A stretch of 64,000 nt of DNA from Octopus sinensis (taxonomy: Eukaryota): positions 16,988,001 to 17,052,000 of the forward strand of contig NC_043015.1 of assembly GCF_006345805.1 (NCBI RefSeq), read 5' to 3'. Below are positions 48,309 to 62,027 of this stretch, piece by piece (within the stretch, counting starts at the first letter, position 1; the number at the start of each line of letters is the position of its first letter). A program made the position numbers and the translations under genes. The notes under the pieces are model-generated. The model was not told where the DNA came from. It ran no database searches and worked only from the letters and a program-made list of their open reading frames with translations.

Positions 48309-50829
48309 TTAAGTAAATAGATGTTTAGAAACCCAATAGTGAAATTTTTCATCCATTGATTTACATGAATTCAAAACCAACCTTAAATATTGTAATATGT
48401 TTTGGACAGAATACAGTTTTTCTTGTTTCAGTCTACTTATATAAGAATTGATATCAATTTCACTTGATTAAATTATTGCCATTTAAAACAGAATAAACAG
48501 GTTTATTACTACTTTTATTCAAGATACAATGTATTTCATTTTTGTATTTGTTACCCTATTTAACATGGATGTCTTCATAAGGCCCCTAAGCTCATTTAGC
48601 CAGTGCTTAATATCAGACAGTAGAGATAAGTTGTGTTCAAGTTAACCCTGATTAAGTAGAGATATTCTATATGTGATCATCTTGTCTCCTCAGGGATATC
48701 TAGGATTATATTAACATGTCCTTCTCTTTTTTTTGAGGGAGATTTTGCTGTTATTATCAGCAGATTGAGAAACCATGTTGAGCTCATTATAGTATGTAGT
48801 GGATGTTAGTTTGTTGCATTTAGTGTTGTTAGAAGTTATTTTTACTGTTTAATTTGAGGAAAAGGTTTGATATTTATTTTAAACTTCAGCAGGTTGATAA
48901 CTTGTAAGAAAGGATTGCAAATGGAATGGATCTGATGAAGTCAACTTCAAGCAGTTAGATAAATTGAAGAATGTGCTTTACACAGCCTGCAAGTTCTTTC
49001 ACCTCCAAGACAGCAGTCATACTTTTTGGTCAAAATTCTTCTACCAATCATTCTCCTCAGTTGTTTCCATAAGCAGTACTCTTACAGAGAAAGCATCTAC
49101 ATTTGCATCCAACTTCACATCTTATAAGTTTGGCAAAACTCCATCAAAACTTTTGTTCTCCATTTCACCACATATGCACACTTATCAAATATAGAAACAC
49201 ATCCAGGTAACGAGGGAGCTTACATGGTTACTTCACCTGCTAGGCATAGTACTTACATCTATCATCCCAAATTACATCTTGTTTTAGAAAAGAAACACAT
49301 ACTGGATAATAGGGTCCCAGGTGTAGTGTACCTAGGAAAGGGACAGTGGTTTCAGCTGGAACACTTTTAATAACAGGTCTGCTCAATCACAGTTAACAAA
49401 AGTGGGGGTAGCTACACAACACATACTACCTCCAGTTACTCTAAGTCAGTAAGTCTGCTAGTCCTGACAATATCTTTTCCAACATGCGTGAAAGGGTATA
49501 TCCCAAAACTAGTCCCTATCCTCATTAAACTCGTTTTCTTTCTCTCAGGAATTCATCCTGATCTTTGGAAACAGTACAATATGCCCCGTCCCTTAGAAGA
49601 AAAACTTCTCTGACCCTGCCAACTGGTCTATTACTTCTTTCATTTCCAATATCTCATAAGACATGAAATCAACTGTTAACAATCATCTTCTACTTGATTC
49701 CTTTCCCTCCTCAGAAATCACAAGAATGGCTTCTGCTAGACCTATGTTTCCCTAAGCCATCAGTAGTCCATTGCTCTTCAGAAATTCAGCTAAAATAATG
49801 TTGTTGCACTTGACATCAGCTAGCCATTTGAACATCTTTGATACATCTAGCTAAACTACCTACCTATGAGTTCTAACTCTAGTCTTTTGGGTCAGAAGCT
49901 TCCTGTCAGATCATACCATCACAGCATAAATAGACAATGCTCTTTCTGATCCACACTCTATCAATTCTGGTGCCTCAATTGCTCCATAGATTAATGATCC
50001 ACTTGCTGTCATCATTAAGAATGTTATTCCTATGAAAATGATACCACTTTTCACACCATCCACGTGCAAGTTAAACATTTACATTAAGCCTGAGCTGCTT
50101 CCATGAAGAGAGATTTTAAAAAACATTCTCGAAAGGAACATGATAATATTATTTCCTTCAACAGCACAAAAACAAATTAATGCACACATCAGTGAAATAG
50201 TCTTCCATCTCACTCTCTCTAACCTTACACAATCTACAATTAAAACCCTCAGTTACTACATATGCTCTTATGGTGATGTCATAATTGTTTTAACATCTAC
50301 TTTTCTATGCTTGCATGACTCAGACAAGGGTATGTGAGAGGCAGAGTGTTTTTGACAGTCAGATACTCTTCCTGACACTAACCCTTACCTGTTTCCAAGT
50401 GAGGTAATAAGCTCTTAGTCTTCTGAACAACAAATAACCTGAACATGTTTTATGCAGAGAACTGGAAACAAACAAAACCATAAGAATGAGATCTTTTTAT
50501 TCACAAAGATAGCACAACATGTCAAATAGCCTATATGAGCTTTTGTGGTGGACTTTAAGCAAATGACACCATCAAAAACACCATTGTTTACAACCTGCAA
50601 ACACACATGAAAATGAGGGAAATATGAATTCCCACAAACTCATACATATATACACACTCACACAATGGTCTTCTTTCAGTTTCTGTCTACCAAATCCACT
50701 CATAAGGCTTTGGTTGGTCCAGAGCAATTGTAGAAGACATTAGCAAAAGGTGCTATACAGTGAAACTGAACGCAAAACTATGTGGTTGGGAAGTGAACTT
50801 TATAATCAGACAGCCATGCCTGCATCTGT

Positions 50830-51300
50830 ATTGTAACATGAATAACTTAGCCTAATCTGGGTCCCAAAGACAAGCTCTCCTCTTAGAATCACAAACAGAT
50901 TTCAATCTCAGGCATCTGCTGACTCTGTACAAAGCTCAATTGAGACCCACAGTAGAATGTTGCTCCCACATCGTGAATAATGTACTTGCTACACACAAAA
51001 ACATCCCATGCAGGAAAGGCATTCAACTGATTGGCAAGGACTATTCCCTCCATCACACATCAACCTCTAGTATACAGAAGCATTATATCCTCACTCTGTC
51101 TCTACCTCAGAATGAAGAAGTGGCAAACCACCCCACCCAAAATTACTCATCTCTATTCCTCTAATATCCCATTCAGTACTTCCCAAGCCCCATCTTATGT
51201 TGCCCATTTTCTCCATTCCTTTTCCTTAGGATATCAACCTTACAGAATTTACTTTTCACCAATATTCCACCCCACCACCATAAATGTTGTATTGCAGCTG
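50830..51300 (+). mobile_element. Old CR1/Jockey-like LINE C-terminal fragment
   Basis: LYKAQLRPTVECCSHI...KGIQLIG resembles LYKAQIRP-LEYCSHIW...RAIRLIG. Confidence 0.55.
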
Positions 51301-51561
51301 TTCTGCCTGAATATCAGCTGTATCAATCTAACCAATTTTAGATGGCATAAAAAGTAATGGATTCCATCCTTTGGGTGAAGACTATAAAAACAGAAAGCTT
51401 CTTGCCACAAATACAATGAAATGCCTAATATCTCATAAGAAACCCAATTTTCCTTACTAAGAGAATAACATTCTCCTTCAAAACCACAGATCTAACTTTC
51501 AATCACTAATGTAGAATGTCAATGTTAATTTATAAATTTTATAGCATAATGTAATACTCAC

Positions 51562-51787
51562 AACAAGATTATTAGTATCCCAAATCTTTAATAATCTGTC
51601 TGTGCCACTGGTAATGAACATCCCTGTATCAAGTGGATACCACTGGACAGTTTCAATACTGCAGCGGTGTCTGTCATTGTTTGACAGACCTACACTAGCA
51701 ACAATATTGCATGAATATTTCACATCTTTTGTGCCATTGTACAGATCATAAACAAAGATCATTCCATTTGAGCCACCAGACAAAAGG
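51562..51787 (-). CDS. ERCC8: ERCC8 coding exon 2 (WD40 repeats)
   Basis: ttttcag|C CTT TTG TCT GGT GGC...AAT CTT GTT|gtgagt, 226 nt. (Y)LLSGGSNGMIFVYDL...SIETVQWYPLDTGMFITSGTDRLLKIWDTNNLV (human VETVQWYPHDTGMF). Confidence 0.96.
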
Positions 51788-52133
51788 CTGAAAATAAAAA
51801 TGTTTTAGATTGTTATTGTAAAATATATTTCTAAAAATTCACATCTGATAAACCTTCAGTAAAAGATAAGTAATATAACTGAAACACTATGGTTAATAAC
51901 AAGTCCAAGAATAGGATGAAGGTCTCAATAAACATCAAGTAGTTCTTAGATATTACTACTAATAAGTGCACATAACTGTACTCTTGCTCTGTTTTTCTTT
52001 TCACCCAATTTTTTTCCTGTTTTCTTATGAGTTCATTGCAGTTGTCTCTAAAGTTATTGCATTGAAATCAATACTTGTGTGTCTATGTTTATGTGAGTGT
52101 GTATATGTCTTTAAGTACACATATCTGTATGCA

Positions 52134-52993
52134 CAGGGCGTGATGAATATATTGTTGTTAAATTATCCAAAAGTGAAAATGACACTGACATCTCATTTTA
52201 ACAGATATATTTACCAATATTACATAAAAATATCTTTAAATATTGAAGAGTAAATTTATTCAATAAAATCGCAACTGGCTTCAACCACGGCCTTCAGATG
52301 ACTTCAGAATCTCCTGCAACTCTTCAGGACAGTCTCCTTGTTTAAGTTGGTGAATGCAGTTATAATCCTTGCCTTCAGTTCATCTTTGGTGTTACAAGGA
52401 GTTTTGCTGGTCTCTTGCTCAACTTCACTCCGCACACAATAATCAAGGGGGTTGCAGTCTGGGGAATTAGGTGGCCAGATGTTTGGGGGAATGTGGTCGC
52501 AGAAAATATCTGACAACCTGACTGGGTTCTCTTGTTTGTGTGGCATGGTGCACAGTTCTATTGCCAAACATAAGGTTTTCCAGCAGTCACCCTCTTGACC
52601 CAGGGCAGCACTACCTTCTTCGGGCACTTGATGTAGGCCTCCATGTTGTGTCTTAAGTCGTGTGGGAAGATGAATGGAGGCATAACATTGCCATCACTAG
52701 TGATCACTTCAAACACCATGATGTTGACTGGATGTTTGATTTTTATCACTTGGTACATGTCCTCAGATTGACACCCAAACACTCGGAAATGTTTGTATTG
52801 GAGCTTCTGGTGCAAATGCCAAGCAGCATAGCATATCATTTCCAAATTTCTGGCAGAGTGAATTGTGTCATGGCGCTGTTTTTCTCACAGAGGGTGCCCA
52901 ACTTTCCCTACTATACTGTGTAGTTGACAAAATAAAAAACAAACAATGCACATTAAAAATATAAAATGGCAACAATTTAACCATAACACCCTG
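52134..52993 (-). mobile_element. Deleted Tc1/mariner-superfamily (maT/rosa-like) transposon
   Basis: CAGGG-starting TIRs; KHPVNIMVFEVITSDG..PPFIFP, WPPNSPDCNPLDY, NTKDELKARI. Confidence 0.8.
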
Positions 52994-53605
52994 TGTATAT
53001 ATATAAGCAAGTAGATATGTGTATGCCTGTATGTAGACTAATGTATGTGTTTTATGTATGTGTATTAGTATATAGCTAAGCATGTTAGTATGTGCATGTG
53101 TACATTACTGTGTATGTATGTATGTATATAAATACATATACACACATACATGTTAATATGTGTGTATGTGTATATCAGTATGCATGTAAATATATTTATG
53201 CATATTGATATGTTAGTATGTGTGTTTATGTATGAAGGCATGAATATATTTATATAGGCACAGGTGTGGCTGTATGGTAAGAAGTTTGGTTCTCAATCAT
53301 ATGGTTCCAAGTTTAGTCCCTCTATATGGTACCTTGAGCAAGTGTCTTCTACAATAGTTTTAGGCTAACCAAAGCCTTGTGAGTGGATATGGTAGACAGA
53401 AACAGAAAGAAGCTTATTGTATGTGTGTTTGTCCTCCATCACTGCTTGACAACTGGTGTTGATGTGTTAATCAATTAAAAGTAAAAGTATAAAAGTGAAA
53501 CTATATCACATTATAATATAGATGTTATTCTTTCACTTTTATTCTTTGACTTTTGACACATAATATGGAACCATTGCTTGGGATTAAAATGGTATAGTTT
53601 GTATA

Positions 53606-53644
<39 letters not shown>

Positions 53645-54589
53645 CAGTTATGTCGAAACAGGTGATATGGGAAAGTGCAGCATTGCTGACAAAACAAATG
53701 ATGGTCTAATTCAACCAAGCGATATGTAATACGCCTGTTTGGGGGATTCCAGGCCCTAACCTGTCACGGGAAATTGGGAGTGGGGTATGTAATTTTTGAA
53801 CCCACCAAAAAGCTGTCAGTCGATATACTCGCCTTTGAGGGAGTCAGCCCTGCTTGTAACATGACCCATTGCATGGTTGACAGTTAAATGAATGGATGTG
53901 TAATGGAAATATTGTACATAAATGGGTATATTCCAGAAATGGGCTGCAATGGGAGATGGCAACAGGGAAGTGAACTGTTCAAATGTTGCAGAAGGCGAAG
54001 GGTTGACATTGGATTGCTGTGAAGCTGTAGAATAAAAAACATAAGGTGAGCCTATGCAGTCACATGAGAATATGTATTAATGAATTACTTGAAAAAATAA
54101 GGCATAATGGCTTCCCGTGTAGTATGTATATAGTATATTTGTATTTTTGTATGCAATATAAATTAATGAAATACAAGCAAATGAATGAAATAGAAGCACA
54201 TGTATGGAAATGCTAATTTAATGGTAAATGCCACAATAATTATTACAGAGAGACAAAGAATTATATATATATATATTTTTTTTTCTTCTGCCCTTATCTT
54301 GTAAATTATATATATAAATATATATATATATAGAGAGAGAGAGGATAAATTTCTTAATGTAAGGGTAAATATGTAATTGTAAATATCTTGCAACTGCTGT
54401 GATAATTTTTAACTGGTAATGGAACAGTAAATGAGTATTTTTATATATACCTTTGGCTTTGCTACCTCAATGTTTTTTTTCAAAAGTTTCACCTCTAGCA
54501 CTCTCATACATACATTTAGGCATGTCAATTTCACATATGTATGTGTAGATGTGTGTTTAATAATGTACATAACACGGAAATGCAAACTC

Positions 54590-55590
54590 TCACAGACATA
54601 TACTCTCTTATACAAAATGTGATGTCGTCATCATATAAAATATTCCTGACATACACATACTAAGATAGTCACACAGAGACATACATTCACGCATGTCACT
54701 TGTCACATATGTATGTGTAGGTGTGTGTATGTTTAATAACGTACCTAATGCAGAAAGATACACTATGAAAAATATACACACTTACACACATACACTCACA
54801 AACAGATACACAGTCATATACAAAATGTGATGTTGTTGTCATCGTGATATAAAATGTCCTGCTGACAATAGAAAGATTACCTCTATGAAATGTCATTGCT
54901 TTAAGCGAAATGAAACGAAATGAAAATAAAATTTCGTATTGACACTGACCAGCCATCACATACATATAATGTGTTTAATAACATACCTAACACAGAAAGA
55001 CACACACACTGTGAGACATATACACTCATACACTCACACATACATTCAGACAGATACAATCATATACAAAATGTAATGTTGTCATCACATATGTATATGT
55101 ATGTGTAGATGTATGTGTGTGTGTTTAATAACATACCTAACACAGAAAGACACATATACACATACACTTACACACTGTCATCAGTCGTCACATATGTATA
55201 TGTATGTGTGTTCAATAACGTACCATTACATATGTACATGTATGTATAGAGGTGTGTGTGTTTAATAATGTACCCAACACGGAGAGACCACACACACTAT
55301 GAAACATATACACACTCACACTCACAGACAGGTACACAGTCATATACAAAATGTGATAGAAAGATTATCTCTATGAAATGTTATATTGTTCTAATTGAAA
55401 TGAAACAAAATGAAAATAAAATTTCATTTTGACACTGACCACCCCTCACATACATATAGTGTGTTTAATAATGTACCTAATACAGAAAGATATACACTGT
55501 GAGATATACACACTCATACACTCACACACATACATTCACAGACAGATACACAATCATATACAAAATGTGACATCGTTGTTGTGGTTAGAA
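54590..55590. repeat. Composite CA/TA-rich minisatellite with large duplicated blocks (ERCC8 intron 1)
   Basis: Recurrent gtgtttaataacatacctaacacagaaagacac and catatacaaaatgtgat units; block atagaaagatta..ctctatgaaatg...gacactgacc at about 54868 and 55357. Confidence 0.8.
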
Positions 55591-56120
55591 TTAAAAGTAA
55601 AAGTATAAAAGTGAAACTATATCACATTATAATATAGATGTTATTCTTTCACTTTTATTCTTTGACTTTTGACACATAATACGGAACAAGCGCCAATGTT
55701 GCACTGTTTTAATAAAAAAAAATTACAAGCTGGCACTCACAGGGTCTGATAGTATTACCATATAAAATTTGATTTGATCTAGTTGAACTGTTCGAGAATG
55801 CATTGGGAACAGACAAGACAGAGAGGGACAAAGGATTTTATATATATTTATATATATATAATCAAAATAAGCAACAAGGATATCCAGAGGTAATGCAGTA
55901 TATTCTGTTGTGTCTGGGGAGAGTCATTCTGATTTAATGCCTTATTAATTAACGCACTTGCCAGTTCAATTTCCCTAAAATTTTCATTGCTTCTTGCAAC
56001 CTCTTCAATAGTCATTGACTCTGTTATTGGAGCCATGTTCTTTTTGTTTGTTAGCGCGCATGTATGTGCAACAGTGTGCATGTGTATACACATGTATGTA
56101 CACATGCCTGTGTATGTATG

Positions 56121-56151
<31 letters not shown>

Positions 56152-56689
56152 ACGTTTATGTATGTATTCGGCATATTCGTGTTTGTGTGCTCATATTTGC
56201 GTGTTTGTATGAGTGTGTGTATTCGTATGTGTACGAATACACACATATTCTTTCCTTGATTCCTGTCATTGAATTACAACCATATTGGGGCACTACCTTC
56301 AAGGATATAGTTGATTTAACAGACTCCAGTACTTATCGCCAGCTTTTGGAAGGATGAAAAGCAAAGTCGATTTGGGTGAAATTTGAACCCAAAGGGATAT
56401 AACTATATACCACAAAGTACAGCATTCAACACAATTTATTCTTGCGATCTACCACCCATAAAATAAATTGCATAAATTTCAGCGATTTTTGAACCCAGGA
56501 TCTCTGCATATAAAACAAATAGGATAACCACTACTGACTAGTGCTCCAATGAAGATCTTATTTGACCTTTGTAAGTTAGGGCTGAAGTATTTTGTATGGT
56601 AAATGCACAGCTGTTTTTATTTTATTATTATAAAATTATAGACTGAACAAAATGTTCAATCCATTTTTTGTGCCTCTTCTTACCTATGA

Positions 56690-57130
56690 TCATGAAAGTT
56701 GGATTATAACTGAAAAAGTACAGTCATGAATATAAATGGCCAAAATAGGGTTCCTCCGAAGGATCTTTTGAGTAACGTTACTTGAGAGGGTGCGAAGTTT
56801 GGAGATCAGGAAGTCTCTCCAGGTCGAGCCACTGCTTGACCATACAGAAGTCCAGCTCTGGCAATACGGATATGTGATTAGAATGTTGCAGGAAAGAATT
56901 ACAAGAAGGATAAGCCAATTGGCAGTAGACCAAGAGCACAATCTTCTTCCACATTACACTATGTTTGGATAATATCTATAGTCTCAGTCGGTCACATTTG
57001 GAAACCCAGCAAGAAATTGTAATGATGGTTGCTTCTGATAGGACCCTAAGAAGGAGGTACCTGGGACTCTATCCCCACGACTCTCTCAGGAATAATGGGT
57101 GGAGGAAATGGATGGATGGATGGAGATTAT
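56690..57130 (+). mobile_element. Old RTE ORF2 C-terminal fragment
   Basis: LEIRKSLQVEPLL...LWQYGYVIRMLQERITRR resembles EIR..L.VEPLL..IE..QLRWFGHV.RM..ER. Confidence 0.55.
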
Positions 57131-59013
57131 TGAATAGGTTCACTTGCATTTTTTGCTGACAATTTCATTCATTATCTGTAGATATTTGCACAGGGTTCAC
57201 AATAACGAGGAAATGATGATTGGTGTTTACTAAAGATAGGTAACTATAAACTATTGATTTCAGATTTTGGCACAAAGTCAGTAAATTTGGAGGAGGGGGT
57301 GAGTAAATTACATAAACCCTAGTGTTCAACTGGTACTTATTTTATTGACCTCGAAAGGATGAAAGGAAAAGTTGATCTCAGCAGAATTTGAACTCAGAAC
57401 GTGAAGACAGACGAAATGCTGCTAAGCATTTTGCCCAGCCCAGCATGCAAATGATTCTGTCAGCTTTGCTTCAAATGTTGTCACAAGGTCAGCAATTTTA
57501 GTGGGAGTGGGTTAGGCGATTACATTGACCCCCTCCCCGTACTAGACTAGTACTTTATTTCATCAACCCTGAAAGGAGGGAAAGCAAAACTGACCTCATT
57601 GAAATAGAATTCAGAGCGTAAAGGACCAACGAATTTTTATTGATTTAATACTTAAGATCTATCTGGTTTGGTTGCCAGCATTTCAAAAATTAAAATTTAT
57701 TGAAAATTTTGAAATTTGGCACATTAATATACTTTTCCAAGCTGAATTGCTGAAGTTATTTCACTTTTTCCAGAAAAATGGTTTTAAAAAGTTATAGAGG
57801 TTTAAAGTTTGATCATTTTCACCCAAGGTTCTATTAAAAAAATATTTAATATAACCTTGAGAAATTAAAGGCTTTCTTTTACTTGAGTAGCCAGGAGAAA
57901 ACCCCAATAAACTTTGTATTGGTGTGGCTTTAATTATTTCCCTTTAACGAAATAGTTTATTTTTTTGGTTACTTTTCAATGAGTATTTGTTTTCCCTCTT
58001 TATCTCAAGTGAAATATCACAAATTAAAAAGTGAATACAATAGGGGACAGCAACAGATTATTACCAATATGTTGCTCCAAAGGCTTTTGCCTTCATCACT
58101 CCAATTGAGGAAATATTGAAAGTATATTTAGTAAAATTAATAACAGGGTTTAGAATTACATTTTTAAAATAAAATTTAATTTTTATAAATGTATAGGCCT
58201 ATATTTAAAAAAAAAAAGGAAAAAAAATTACGCCACAAATATTAAAAACTATGCTTGGAAAGTACATATACCCACTATCACCCCTACCCCACTGCTGAAA
58301 TAACGCGAGACATTTTGTTCGCTGCTCTACCGGTTCAGCAGTTCATTAGTAATGAGGGAGTAAAAAAGCGGTCGCTCGACTTGCAAGAAATAGCAGCCAT
58401 AGCGACTTAAAAAAAGAGAGAGAGAAATAGACATTAGATAAATGCAGCCTTAAATCCTCTTTAAAAATAAAGCAGAATGGTCACCGCTGGAATGCATTTG
58501 ATCACAGCCCAATCAGGGCTAACCTGATACTAAATAAGTACGAGTTAATTAAATTCGCAATTGAAAAAGGGTCCACTATGTTCGATTTTCTTCCACATTA
58601 CACTATTTCAACATGAAGTGGTGAACAGGAGCCCTTATATTATTGTAGAAACAATTCCTTTCGACAAATAAACTCGTAATGTTCTAAATTTGTAATCTGG
58701 GCTACTTCGTAAGTAGTAGTGGTAGAATAAAAATAAATCGAGTTTCCCAATAAATTATCTGAAGTGCAAGACTGAATTAAACTGATAAAATTAGGGGAGC
58801 ATTCACATAATATTGAGATATATAAACAGTTCTTTGAAATAGTGACATAATGAAAACGATCAACTGAAATAAACACATTAACTATAATATTTTCCCGCTA
58901 CCTACGCTAAAAATAAACAACTCAACTTTCATCCACCAGTCAGAACTTTAAAAAAATGAGATCGAAGTTTATAATTATTCGCAGGGATTTAAAGAAATGT
59001 CATAAATACATAC

Positions 59014-59189
59014 TATCTGTCTTCCACCAAGTCAATGTCGAGGCAATTCACACTTGAACTATGAGAAACTTGCTCGACATCACGATATCTACTTAAATCA
59101 AGGCTGTAAGAACGCCGAGTAGTTTCAGCCCTTTGGAGAAGAATAGGGTTGTCTTCACCAGTTTCCCGAGAACTCAGAAATCGGAGCAT
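59014..59189 (-). CDS. ERCC8: DNA excision repair protein ERCC-8 (CSA), coding exon 1
   Basis: ATG at 59189; MLRFLSSRETGEDNPILLQRAETTRRSYSLDLSRYRDVEQVSHSSSVNCLDIDLVEDR+TA|gtatgt. Matches the human N-terminus [26 protein letters not shown]. 176 nt; too short for the ORF track. Confidence 0.95.
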
Positions 59190-59591
59190 TTTAGTAACAC
59201 CGTCATTGTTTAATTAATGAGCATATACAAAACAGTTTTACTTTGCTAAGATATTTTATAGAATTAACTCCCCCTAGTTCGCACTTTCTAATTTTTGCTT
59301 AAATTAGAAAGTAATGTCTAATCTAAGAGAAATGGTTCTTTCGAATTTAAACTTCAGAAATGTTTTATTAGACAAGATCCATTAAAAGCCTGAAGTATTT
59401 ATTTATAAAATCTGCTTTTAAATTGCAAAAGAAAACGGGGTATTTCTATAGAATAGCGTCGGAAATTATCTAGTGCACCGAAAATTACAATTTCTTCATA
59501 TTTTATTTTTTTACGCGTTTCAGCTTAAAGAGCTGTAGCGAAGCTGGGGCACCGCCCGTCTGTATCTGTTTTAATAATCGTAGACTACAAA

Positions 59592-60597
59592 TCTATATAT
59601 ATAAAACTGTAGTTGTGTGAGTGTCTATCCCCTTCGATTTAGATTCCTAACTACTCCCACATTTTGCGGTGCAGTTTAACCAAATTCGGGTATCTTATAG
59701 TCGTGATTCATATCGAGCCCGTCTGGGTATTAGCGCGCGTCTACGATGAGTCTACGATTTTAAAAATAATTTAACATCATTTTTTATTCCATTTTAATGC
59801 ATGTGTCGATGGCGGCGGAGTTGGCGTCCATGGCCACACCTGCACCCGTGTTGCTTCTCCCCCTTCTTCCCTCCCTCGTGAAGCTGTGGGGAAGGGAGTG
59901 TAAGGAAATCAACGTCGTAATGCGTTGTCAAGGAGACCAGCGTTCTTTTAGAACAACGACTTCATGGCTTGAAGTCGCCAAAACAGAAATCGCTAAAAAA
60001 GCTGAAACAGATCCACAAAAACGGCAAAAACCGCCACACAGGGCAGGTTTCCTGTGCAAACAATTTGCACAACCGAATGTTTTAGTTGTTGCACAAATCT
60101 TTATATATAAAAGTAAGGTTGTGTGTCTGTCTCCTACGATTTAGATTCCTAACTACTCCCACATTTTGCGGTGCAGTTTAACCAAATTCGGGTATCTTAT
60201 AGTCGTGATTCATATCGAGCCCTTCTGGGTATTAGCGCGCGTCTACGATGAGTCTACGATTTAAAAAAAAATTTACCATCATTTTTTATTCCATTTTAAT
60301 GCATTTTTCGCTATTATATAAGGGAAGTAACTCTCTAAAAATGTCTACGATGAGTCAACGATTAAAAAAAAATTACCATCATTTTCTTATTCCATTTTAA
60401 TGCATTTTTCGCTATTATATAAGAGAAGTAACACTCTAAAAATGTCTACGATGAGTCAACGATTTAAAAAAAAAATTACCATCATTTTTTATTCCATTTT
60501 TAATGCATTTTTTGCTATTTTTTTGCTATAACTCACTAAAAATGCTTATATAGTTATTTCCCTTACAAACCCGAGCAACGCCGGGCGATACTGCTAG
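59592..60597 (+). mobile_element. Non-autonomous Helitron with two 5' ends (59592, 60098) and one 3' end
   Basis: A|TCTATATATATAAAA and A|TCTTTATATATAAAA starts; 3' hairpin cccg-agcaacgc-cggg then CTAG|T; three internal about 100-bp tandem repeats. Confidence 0.88.
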
Positions 60598-61517
60598 TTA
60601 CAAATAAAAAAGAAATAGAAGAAAAGATCAATCCTCTCCTTTTCCGTAATTTTTCAGTTTTTATTTTTTCTAAGATTTTCTTTTTCAGATTTTTGAAGAA
60701 CTATAATTTCAGATAGTTAAATCATAAATCTGAAAAAAAAAATTTAAGAAGGCAATCAAAACTGAAAAATTATGGAAGTGGTGATTAACTTTTGGCAGAA
60801 TTGTAAGGTATGATGCTTAAAGCATTCACCTTTGATGAAATTATGGTTTTAGGTGCACTAGATAATTTCTTATTCTATACTTTAGGAAGCTGGAAAATTT
60901 TTTAAATGCCCTAGATACATTATAAATAGCCAAATTAATGGAAAAAAGCTCAATAAGCAGATCAGGAACACAGCTGGACATTTGCTGACATCCATATATT
61001 TTTCAGTATTGCACTGACAAAACCCACCCCAGTTGTGTAAAAAGGAGTGTTAGTTTATTTGGTTGCAGGTGAAAGAATTATTTTTTTGTAGCTGTGCAAC
61101 TGGTTTTTTATATGCTAAAATAAATGAAATTATTGAGTTAATTTTTTATGAGGTGAAATACAAAATCATATTTTATTGATATATTCCAGTTTTATTAAGC
61201 ATTTCAATAGCTGAAACAACTGGCTTCATGACATCTTCAAGTCAAAATCAATAATATTGGTCTTCAATGTCAAAATCTGTACTACCTTTCACTCAAAGCT
61301 CAGTTCAACCCAGGATCCAGTATCAGAAATTTAAGAGCCAAACAGATATTCAATAGTTTAGGGATGCAGTATGCAGTCTTTTTGACACACACTTTCTTTT
61401 TTTTCTTTTTGAGGTGGATAGCTTGAAGCAACCTTCATACAACAAGTGATGTTTCAATTGTTCAATTATTTTCCAGTGGTTTTATTGAACTAATAATAGA
61501 TCGGCATTTTCTTGGTT

Positions 61518-61601
61518 AAGTACTTAGCTAAGAGTAAGCCACTGTACCTAGCATTAGTTGACCTGGATAAAACCTTTGACAGGATTCCTTGCACAGTGAT
61601 G
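61518..61601 (+). mobile_element. Tiny RTE RT fragment
   Basis: [24 protein letters not shown], matching the RT LAFVDLEKAFDRVP motif. Confidence 0.7.
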
Positions 61602-61633
<32 letters not shown>

Positions 61634-61661
61634 TGTGTATATATATATATATATGTATGTA

Positions 61662-61711
<50 letters not shown>

Positions 61712-61798
61712 GTATGTATATATATATGTATATATATATGTATATATATATGTATATATATATGTATATATATGTGTATATATATATATATATGTATG

Positions 61799-61862
<64 letters not shown>

Positions 61863-61869
61863 TTATATG

Positions 61870-61902
<33 letters not shown>

Positions 61903-61983
61903 GTATGTATATATATATATATGTATATATATATACATATGTATATATATATACATATGTATATATATGTATATATATATATG

Positions 61984-62027
<44 letters not shown>

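Noticed and set aside
59797-60144. 115-aa ORF near the ERCC8 promoter
   Set aside because: It lies wholly within the Helitron, runs into its second 5' end, and has no recognisable domain.
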